A stretch of DNA of 63,966 bases, the filler included, from Pelomyxa schiedti (Eukaryota; Protista; Evosea): the NCBI GenBank assembly GCA_020536535.1. It is 11 parts of 11 records of this genome, joined end to end, with 100 filler letters (N's around TTAATTAATTAA, not from the genome) between each part and the next. Parts side by side here need not be neighbours in the genome. Positions count along the whole stretch, not along the records: positions 11,427 to 41,723 come from JAHLWZ010000042.1; 10 more parts are not named here. One strand, given 5' to 3'. Positions 12,841 through 23,300 of this stretch are shown here, one piece after another. Below the pieces are notes generated by a model, which was given only the letters and a program-made list of their open reading frames with translations, made no database searches and had not been told where the DNA came from. Positions within the stretch are counted from its first letter, which is position 1, and every line of letters starts with the position of its first letter. The position numbers and the translations under genes were made by a program.

Positions 12841-14501
12841 ATGAGTAGGTTCTTTGCCAACGAGTTGGCCGTGAAGGACCGTGTGATTACTCCGGAAATA
12901 GCAAAGTTATTCAGCAAAAAGAGCGAGGAATTCACAAAGAGGGTTGTCGACTCAGATGATGTTAAAAAGTATGTAATTATTACTTGTGGTACATATATCT
13001 ACCTGTTCTGCCTTTTTCTCTCGCAGTGAGTATGGTGCATACGAGGGAGCTGCGGGTATTGCGGCATTGTGGGTTCATGTTTGGGAAGCAACAGGAAATC
13101 CAAAGTATATCAAAATGGCTGTGAAGTTCTCTGAGTATGCATTAGAAACATTGTCAAGAGCAAGCACAGGGTGTGTTTGGAGTACTTGGAGTCTTGTTTT
13201 CAAGTAACTTATGTCAGTATGCATGAACCCGGGTTTATCATTGGTGCCTCAGGCGTGTATGGGATTGCTGCTGTAGCTTACTTCCACCAGGGTAACACGG
13301 AACAAAGGTTACCTAAATTGTAGAACTGGAAAGAAGTAGTAACCGTTGGGGAAAAAGTATGTACTGTTTGAACGAGTTCCTGCAACAGTTGGACCCCATT
13401 AGAGCTAGTCATCATGATGAATTTCTATATGGGAAAGCAGGTTCCTCCGGCAGATTTCTTCTGAGGACTAAATTCAACATTTGCAGGGTACCTCTTTGGA
13501 ATGTTGTACATAAGGAAACATATGGGTGAGAATATTGTTCCAACAGAGGCTATTTCTCGGATTGTAAACTCCATTATAGACTCTGGACAAAAGTATGTTT
13601 ATTATCAATCAAGTTAAACTTAAAGAAAATTAGAAAGTCAAAGTCCGGAGACCCACCTCTGATGTTTGATTTCCACGGGAAAAATTACTTGGGAGCTGCT
13701 CATGGGATGGCCGGTATGTCGTCTTTGTAACGTGGCCTGCTGAATTTGACTCCAGGGATTCTCTACGTATTGATGTTGTGCCAGGAAGCCATGGGAGATG
13801 GGAAAGTAAAAGCCCTTGTAAAATCTTCTCTGGATTGGGTTCTTTCACAGCAATTCGAAAGTGGAAATTTCCCCTCTTCAGGTATTTTTCCCACAACTTG
13901 GCAAAGACTAAATAGAAGCCAGTGAGAGAAAACAAAGCCCAAGTTGATGAACTTGTTCAATGGTGCCATGGAGGACCCGGTTTCATTTTCACACTATGTG
14001 CCGCATACAAGCAGTATGGAGACAAGAAGTTCCTCAATGCCGCTATCCGTTCAGCCAATGATGTGTGGGATCGAGGTTTGCTTCGCAAGGGTCTTGGTCT
14101 TTGCCACGGTAACTGCCACTCATATCATACAAACAGCATACTGAGCTTATATAATATCAACCCGCACCAACACCCATTTCGCCTCTTAATATTCCACCCA
14201 TCCAAAGCACCCCACACCCATAATCGCCATTACCCCATATAATTCTCATTCATCAGGGACTTCCGGTAACGCCTACGCACTCCTCGCGATGTACCGCACA
14301 ACAGGCGACGACAAGTACATCAAGCAGGCAATCAGCATGGCCGAGTTCTCGTGCGGGCCGGCCTCTGATCACTTCACGTGCAGCAATTCACAAGAGAACC
14401 TCTGGAACGGCGTGGGTGCCGCTGTGTCATTGTTCGCCGACTTATTGGCCCACGCCGAGAACAAGTCCCACGTGCCTCAGTTCCCATTATTCGAATTGTG
14501 A
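12841..14501 (+). CDS. LANCL: LanC-like protein (LANCL family)
   Basis: DEFLYGKAGYL, YLGAAHGMAG, GNFPSS, LVQWCHGGPG, VWDRGLLRKGLGLCHG|TSGNAY. The Zn-ligand Cys/Cys/His motifs are intact. Confidence 0.93.
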
Positions 14502-14641
14502 TGACCCACTTGTGAGTGCCTTTTATTTCCCTGGCGTGATCCTCGAGCTTCAGTGGTTCCTGTTGGAAAAAAATTTGCCTCAAAACAAACTTGTTTTTTT
14601 TGATCAATTCATGTAAGAGATGGTGAATTGTTGGGTATTCT

Positions 14642-17044
14642 CTAGACAAAGTAGACTTCGAGTTCAGCTCCTTCGTGGAGGACACGGAGGAGGTCGGCGT
14701 CGTTTGTGAGTTTGTTGGTGCGGTTGGCCGCGGTGGTTATTTCCCACACGTCGGTGTTTGGTGGGTGTGGTAGGAACTGAGTGAGCCGGCTGACTAGGGT
14801 CGGGTAGGTAAAATCACTCAGGGGCATGTGGAGTTTGTAGAACCAGAAGGTTCCGCGGCTACGGGCCTTGAATCCTGTGTGTGAGGTGAGGTGGGTGTCG
14901 GGAATTACTAGAAGTGGGTGTGGGAGATACTCAGGTAGTCTCTTTCACTGGGGACTGTGTCTAGGTCTAGGTAGCTTTTGTACTTGGAAGGAATTTGTGG
15001 TTCGCCGTACATAGCCCTTTGGTTGTCGGCGATTTTGATGCACAACCTGCAGCTCGAATGAACCTGATGGGGAATGAATATCAACACCCGAAATCAAAAG
15101 TCGGATTATACATTGGCAATGTCAACTAAAGCCTTGAATTCCTTGGAGTAACCTTTCACTTTCCAAGACAAGTACTCCTGATACATTGTATCATTCTTAT
15201 CAAGCATCTTCAAGTATGCAGCAAGGCTTTGAGGAGATCTAGTCTTTCAAGTGAGAAAGGCAGGGAAGCACTAGCTCGGAGATATTTATATAGACTGTAT
15301 TTTTAGGATGGGCACACGAAATCATGCACAGAAATGATTGAGTGTGGAGATGGCCCAAATCGGTGAACATCCTCAATTCCCATGTGAACTGAAATGGAGA
15401 GGGAGGAATGGGGAAAAGGAGATATTATTGGAAAAATCTGTTGTAAAATGGTTATACTTGGAACAGCTCCCGCAACAAATGTCGCGAAGAGCTTTTCAGT
15501 GACGTAGTCTTTGGTGTTGGAGTTCTCAAATGCAATGGCAAACTTATAGTTTCGGGTCAAGGCGATTTTTTCATCGAAGTAGTTACCAGTGTGCAGGGTG
15601 GAAGGAAACTCCGCGTTCTTTAGGCAAGATCCAAATGAATCAACCGTCACTCCAGCATCCATAAGTGCAGATAGATACTGAAGTCGATTGTTCATTGCAT
15701 GGCAATTGGAAATGAGTGCAACTGCCATTGATTTTGCAGTCTGTAATTATTGATAAGTAGGTGGATTTCTGACGGGAGAGTTGGACCTTGGGGACTACTG
15801 GTGACATGAAGTCGTACTCTGCCCAACTAAAATATGGTGCTGGTACATCAGAGTCTAGGTCATAGGTAGCAACAATATCAAAATTTCTCCTGGCTGATTC
15901 TACTATGCCACATCAGCGGCAGAGTATGTAACACAGAGATAACACACATTCGCATATTGGGTATTGAACAGCACTCTCCATTGAGAAGATAATCTTCTGA
16001 ACATGATCACAACTTTCAGGTGAGTGAGCAGGATTGGAACCCGGTAAACGAGTCATGGTACCATCAATGTACCCAAATACTTTGGCTTCAGAAACAATGA
16101 TGCAGGGGATATCGCATGCGGACTAAGTTGGAAATACTTTGGTAAAGTGGTAAAATCACAAAAGATTGCTTACCATGTTAATTTGTTGCTGACTTATGCC
16201 CTTCTGGAACACCACAGGTTGTTTGTAGTAATTTCGTCCTGCACTGTGGGGGCAAGAAAGTGAAGTCTTAGCAGGTTTTTCTTCAGGAGTTTCTTCAGGA
16301 GGTTGTTGCTCTTTTTCTTCTTCTGTGTCAGGTTGCTCCTCTTTTGCAGGAGGCTCTTGCTTAGAACTTGGAGGTGTCACTTGTGGGTGCTCCTGGGTTT
16401 TTACTTGTTCATCCATCTGCTTTCTAATTTCTTCATCAATGTCGTCTTTAACATTGTCCTCAGCCTGAAGATTACTTGACTCCACCTTTCCGACATCCTT
16501 GTTCTCATTTCGCACTGGAGTCTTGTCGGGCACATTGACGACAGGTGCAACCCGGATGTCAGGTTTCTTCACAGGCCTTTAAAGAAGAATTAATACAGCA
16601 CAGGAAGAAGATAGCGGGTGAAAAAAAAAAGGCGAGGAAAGCAACTCACGTGGTGTCCTTTGGAGACCTTATAGCCATAGTGAACACCAGAAACATAACC
16701 GAGCACAACACGATGAGTCCCAGAAACAGCGTTTTCCACGTGACCCTGGGCTCGCCGCCGTGAGTTTTGTGCGACCCCGCGGCGCCCTTGCCGGATCTGC
16801 GACCTCCGCCGTGGCTGCCGCCCGCCGCCGCACCCGCCGCCCCCGCCCGCTTCTTTTTTCTTGTGGATCTGCGCCCCGACGAGTAGTAGTCGGCCCGATG
16901 GGCGCTGGCCGCCGCCGCAGCAGATCCGCTAGGAATTGTGGCCGCGGTCTCGTCCACCAGGCCGGACTCGAGGTCGTCGTCGGCGAGTCCGCTGCCGCTG
17001 CCGCTGCCGTCCTCGTCACTCCCGTGGCGCGCCGCGTGGCTCAT
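14642..17044 (-). CDS. GT10 alpha-1,3-fucosyltransferase, type II membrane protein
   Basis: N-terminal TM segment (TLFLGLIVLCSVMFLVFTMAI), stem, then ALISNC, VDSFGSCL, YKFAIAFENSNTKDYVTEKLF, GAVP. C-terminus ends ELEVYFV-stop. Confidence 0.88.
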
Positions 17045-17210
17045 CGCTCCCCAGGTCCAAGGTGTTCGATTTTGTGGATTTTATTGATTTCTTTTCGGCG
17101 GCTATTTTGGCCGTTGCGCGAAGACCCAAACTTCGGCGGTAGTGTTTCCTTCATCGAATCCTCAGATGGTTGCTCTGTTCCGAGGTCTCCTATGCCCCAG
17201 CTGTTGAGCA

Positions 17211-17276
17211 TCAACTATGTTCGCTCTCACTCTCACTCTCGCTCCCACTCCGGCTGCGGCTTCGGCTTCTGCTTCT

Positions 17277-17314
<38 letters not shown>

Positions 17315-20300
17315 TTCGGCTACGGCTTCGGCTTCTGCTTCTGCTCCGGCTCCGGCTCCGGCTTCGGCTACGGCTTCGGCTTCGGCTTCGGCTCCTGTCG
17401 CTGTCGCTGCTGCTACCGCGCTCTCTCTCGTGGTCGTGCTCACTGGCAACAGACCCTGACACGTTCCACTGATACAGAGAGCATCCCACATGCACATAGA
17501 ACGGCTCCTCACACTCTTCACAGCCGTAGTAAGATTCAGTGAGGGGTTTGTGGCAGCGATTGCATTTCTTGTGCCGTGTCAGGTCACTGTCTTTTGGCTC
17601 TGTGAGTGTCATACTGTACCCGTGCATCGCCAGCTTCAACGAATCGGGCAGCTTGTGCGCCCCTTTTAGTTCCGAAGGCAAGAAATCATGTGCAGAGCGG
17701 CCATGAATCTTTAACTGTCTCTCGGAATGATATACCCAGCCAGTTGGTCTGTATAGACCGTGAAAATTGGGGGCCTCAGCATACACCAGCTGAAGTGGTA
17801 TTTCAAGCCCATGAAACATACTCCAGGAAAATATTTTATTGGGTGGAGCCTGAACCTGCCGGTATTTCCGGTACTGCTTGATGCGAACTTGGTATGCACA
17901 TTTTTGGCAGTGATATTCTGGAGTTGAAGTCTTTCGGTCTAACAACTGGAGTGGGTGCTCATGATATTGGTACAAAATCCATTCAGGCAATTCACGGCGA
18001 CTACCGGTGCACATCGGATGAAAGTCTTGATTATCAATATGGCAGTGGTAAGCCCATCCTGATCCATTGAGTGAACATTTTGCACAAACAAAGACAGGGG
18101 TTTCCTGCAACTCCAGGAGGTGTTCATGTAACTCAAACATAACCCACCTGACGCATTCAACAGACCAGGGAAATTCAAGTAGGGGGAAATCATTGATGAG
18201 ACTAGAAACTGAGTGCTTGGAAACAATCTCCCCTTGTTGACTCAGGATCACTAATGTGGGTTCGGCTGCATATGTGCCATGTTAGGGAGGAAAGGAAACA
18301 ACTAAAAGAAGAATACCTGCAGTGACATCAAACATGTCTATGAGAGTCTCCTCCAGTTCCCTTTCCTCAAAGGGAAGACGCAACCAGGCATAAGTTTCTC
18401 GTCCCTTGGTGTTGAGTACTTTTGTAGAGTGATTACAGGAAATTTCAATCAGGAGAAAGTTGCTCTTTTGTTCTCCTGTGAGAGCACCATATTTTTTTGT
18501 AAGCTCTGCAGTGCACAGTTTGGTCCTTGGATTTGAATAGTTTGAAAAGAACAGTCCGAAGTACTTATAACTTTGTTTAATGTAGACAACCTTTGAAAGC
18601 AGTATGCTGAGTTGTGCCAGAACCATATTTGCGTCCAGTTTCCTGTCGTATTTGCTTGCCCCAATCACAGCCCGGGATTTCAACAGAAGTTTTTTTTCCA
18701 CACCCAGACCTTTGACTTTTTGTACATTTGCCTGAGTAGCAACAAGAGGTTGGGTGGTGTGACCAAATCGCTGCACTAAGGTGACCACAATTCCACCATC
18801 AGCCTTTCTTTCCACGCGGAGGAAGTGAGTTTCCCTGCCGGCAACAACTACAAGTAAATTGTCCCCAGCAGCATTCAATGAGAATATGCGTCCGGCAAAT
18901 GGACCAAATGTGAGCAGGGACTTCATTGGGGGTCTCAAAGACCACAGTAAAATTGTAGACTGCGTTGTGGCAACAGCAGCAATTTCAGTAGCCAACAACA
19001 GGCACCAGGGTCCACCATTCACACTGGTACCCAGCTTTTGAGATTGTACACCCCCTTGCTCAGGTGCTTCCAGCAACAAAGCGTCAACATCATCGTTGTC
19101 AAGGCCACTGGAGGACCTCTTTTCCGCCAGGTAAATGCTCATATTGACATCGTTAATGTAGAAAGTGTCACCGATCACGTGAAACTGAATTCTTTCCTCA
19201 CTACTAGGAACACGCTCATGTATTACTTGCAAGTCCCCCCTAAGAAAGTCAAAAGCTCCACCAGTATATTTGAAATATTCAGAGACCTGTTCTGAGAAAC
19301 AGAAAGCTGGTGGGAAAGCGAGAGGGGTAAATGGCCCAACAGTGAGTTTGAGGAGGTCAAGGTCAATCATTACCAGTATGTCACTATCAGTATTCCAGAT
19401 AAACACTGTTCTCCAGGTCGGTGACGCGACCACTGTGCTCCAATCCACACTTTTCAGTGGAAGATCTATGGGGTTCTCTGGGATCAACTTGGTTGGTTGC
19501 GCATAAGCATTTAAAACACAAAATAGGTTTTGAGGGTCCTCGCGATCGACGATTTTGTCAATCAAAATGCCTGGGAGACCTGCAGCGCCAGTCGAAGGGT
19601 TTTCTGCTGCTTTCGTCAGGGCAACGCCCAAAGGAGTAGTAATGGAATCTTCCCTACTGGGGAAGAAGGACCATGCCTTGCATTCATAGCCAGAGGCTGT
19701 GTTACTTTTGGCCATGTCCCCACTCTCCAAGTCCCACACAAACACAGTGGTGGGATCACATCCAGCCAAAAACCTCCCATTAGAAGACAAGCAGCAACGC
19801 TTTTTGAACTTGTTTGCTTTGGATTGAAAATCCTTTGGGAGTGGCAATCTTTTGAGGCCATCAGTTGACCACATCTCGCACACCAATATGGACTTAGCTA
19901 TTTTTTTAACTGTCCGTTCTCCTGCTGGTTCACAACCCTCAGATGTATCACTTCTGGCAGCAGAACTTGTATCCAACTCGCATTCATCTGGCATGATCTG
20001 TCTCTTTGTAGCAATCAACACTTTAGATTTGCAAGTTGATATACAGCGGCAAGGCCAACTCTCAGTGGCCTGCATGCTCCCAGAAACTTTGACTTCATAA
20101 ACCCGTGAGTCTCCCAGGTACCCAATGGTATCTTCCCCTGTGAAGAAGCTCTGCTGTGCTACGTAACAGTGAATACTTTGTGACTGGACGTGCATCAGCT
20201 GTGTACCAGCCAGCAGCCAAGTGCTTTTTGGAGAGAATGAGAGGGCAGTAATGTCACTTGGGTAGTTGACTTGGTTCTCAAAGAGCACACTCAAAGATGA

Positions 20301-23300
20301 CAAGTCTTTGTTAAAAAGGTCCCAAACAGTAAGCCTGCCTGATTGCTGAGAGAACCCAGCCAATTTATCCCTTGCTGGGGATATTGCAAACAAGGAAATA
20401 TCAGGCCCAAGGTTGGTTGCAGGGTGTGGTGAGCAAATCAGGTTCCCTGTAGTTTCTGCTGGGGACATCTCAAAGAAGGTGGATGTCCGAGACACAGTTC
20501 CCAACAGAGATGACTTGATGAAGAAATGACCAAGACACCCAATAATGGAAAACGATGGTTCAAGGACTGTTCTTGTTTCTCGTGATGAAGAAGGCTTGGG
20601 GGAAGGAAGAGAAAAAATATCTGTTTCACAAACCTCGGTTCCTTCCACCTCCTTTGATATTGCAAGAATAGTGGCATCCCCAGAGAAACATATATTTTTA
20701 ATACTACAGACTGGTGTTCCTCCAGTGGGTTTTGGGAATCTAAGATTGAGAGTGGTATTTGTGGGGATGTCCAAAACCAGAAGAGGAATATCTCCACTGA
20801 CAACCAGGCATATCTTTTCTCCATTTGGAGAGAATTTAGATTGGCTGCCCTGTACTTTAGGACCAATTTCAAGTAGTTCTTGGTCCTCTGAAGTGAGATA
20901 ACATAATAATGGGGAGGCTTTGTTGTGTGGGCAAGCACACAACCGCTTTCCATCTACAGTCACATCAACACAAGCAAGCCTCACACCAAAATCAAAGACA
21001 ACCCTCTCATTAAAGGTCACGCCTGTCATGTTAGCATATGACAGGTCGGCTCCGCATATCCACACCTGTGGCATTTTGCAGTCACTGAGGTCAGCCTTCC
21101 CCAGGTTGGCGGCTCCAAATATGCCACCCGTGAGGTCAGCACCGTTGATGTGAATGTACCGCAAATCAGCATTTGAGAAGTTGTGTTTGCCCTTGACCAG
21201 TAGCATCATTGCTGTGGTGGCAGCCCTGTCAGCTCTATGTGATTCAGTCGCGCCTGCCGCGTCACGGCTTGTCCTCTTGGAGTTCTCAATGAGGAGAAGG
21301 AGTGCCTTTCGTAGACTGAATGTGTCTTTATTATTGCCATGTTGTGCTTGAACAGATTCATCCCTAAACATCATCTCCAGCAAAAAGCTTACAACATCAG
21401 GAACTTTGACAAGAGTGGACTGATTAAGAACAAGATCACAGGGAGATTTCACAACCTTTGTTCTTTGTTCATTCTCTTTGGCAGCTTGCATTTTCCTCAG
21501 CCGTCGTCGAAGGTGAATCACAACACCCAGACTTGGCCTGAAGTTGCTTTTGGTTATTGTGCTTTCAATCTCTTCTTTTTCTTCATCTAGTCCAAGTAGT
21601 TTAGTGACAAGTGCACAATGGAGGACTGTAGCGGAAGCCTCTTTCGCGCTCTGCCTCTGTGATTCCATGATATGCAGAATATCTTCAGTTACTTTGTCCT
21701 TGTCAATCATGCAGTGCTGATGGCAGTGAGCCTCCTGGATTTTTGTAATGAGGTCAGCAAGATGCCTCCTTCCATTTGTGACGGAGAGTATTTTATCCAG
21801 TAGCTCCCTAAGTCTCTCAAAATTTTTCTCTCCTAACCAAGAAACAGAGGTATGTGTCAGTGCCTCACTGACAATTTCGCACTTAGGATCCAAGTCCAGA
21901 GCACACTTATTGCACAGGTTGAAGTTGCATATGTAACAATGCCAACCATCATCTTTAGGATTCCCACAGCAACCTACCTTTCGACAGGAATCACACTGCC
22001 AGTGATACAAACGTGCCTTCTTCCAGTCAAGGTGAAATGGGGCAAGGTGTTCCAGCGTGTGCTTATGGACAACAACATTGGCAAGTTCCAGAGGAGGAAG
22101 GCGCATTGCAAGGAGTTCCCTCTTGTGCTCCTGGAAGACCTTCCACATTTCTGCAAAGTCACTTTCATTATCAGCGATAAGTGGACCAATCATGGTTTTG
22201 AAAAACTTAGTGGGTTCATCATCTTTTCCACTTGACAAACGACTGGGCTGATATTTGGCACTTATTTCCTCAATAATTGCACATACAAATTGATGTGTAG
22301 GGCTATGATAGCGCCTCTGTGTGAGCTTAATTGTCTCCCTGCACTTCACTTTGGGGAAGTTTGAAAACGGCATGCTGACACAGAGCTGTACCTCCTTGTA
22401 AATCTTGTAGGCAATGAAATATTCCTGAAGGGACTTGTGCAAGAACATGAAAGTGTTGCCACCCTTTCTCTGGATTGGGCAGCCAGAGAGCACCAGCTGC
22501 GTGCTCCGATTCGTTGGGCTGAAGAACCTCTCAAGTGGGTTGGTTTGGTCAATCACCTCGACACCCTGGCTGTTTGTGGTCCAAACAGGACTGTACTGGA
22601 CCGCTGTCACCCCCTTGCCAAACATGAAGATGGAAAGATTCTCAGAGAAGGTTCTGAAGTCCTCAACGATGTCCCCACCAACCTGGAAGTTGAACTTGAC
22701 TTGCTCCGCATCGTCGGTAATGTGCTGTGCTGTGGTGCATTGGGCCATCCTCTCAGGTGTGATTTTGGACTTTTGCCTCTGGAACCACTGTTCCACAAAC
22801 CTGTCATAAAGCTCAAGCCTCGTCAGTTTGCTGTCATCAAACCTCCTCTTCGTTTTATCCGGCTCCAGCCGGTCAACAAGTGTTGGGAGAATCTCCATGA
22901 ACATCTTTAATATCAGTGGGGTCCTCACTAGATCCTCTACCCCTTTCAGAAGTTCCTTGTGCTGATAGAACAGTTCTGCACTCCATTCACCTCCAAACTG
23001 AGCATACTTCTTGACATATGCCTTTATCTTCTGCCGAGTGAAGGGCTCAATGTACCAACACAGCACCTCTGGAGCTGCTTCCGCCTCAGCGATACCTCCC
23101 CATTCAGCTGATGGCTGTGTCTGCACCCCCTTTTTCATTGACTTCCCAATTTTTCCCTGAGCACCAGGGAGGCAACAGAAGTTTTGGAAGTAATCTGACC
23201 CGATTTTCTCAGGCCTGCTGGATACCAGCACCTGTGCATACCTCCATTCCTCGAGTTTGTTTGCCCGACAGATGTTGACACCAACCTCGAGGGTGACTTC

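Noticed and set aside
9113-14501. Kinase near LanC-like gene as a lanthipeptide-type cluster
   Set aside because: The kinase is an ordinary AGC kinase, no lyase or precursor peptide is seen, a spacer-gap separates them, and LanCL is a widespread stand-alone eukaryotic gene.
16760-17542. Plus-strand 260-aa ORF and other GS/AP/LR/AE-repeat ORFs
   Set aside because: Shadow frames of the GC-rich GT10 first exon and the RS hexamer repeat. Synonymous variation supports only the RS frame.
18282-18284. Possible stop-codon readthrough or alternative genetic code joining two in-frame ORFs
   Set aside because: A canonical 51-nt GT-AG intron with the TAA in its branch point explains it. TAA, TAG and TGA all end other genes normally.
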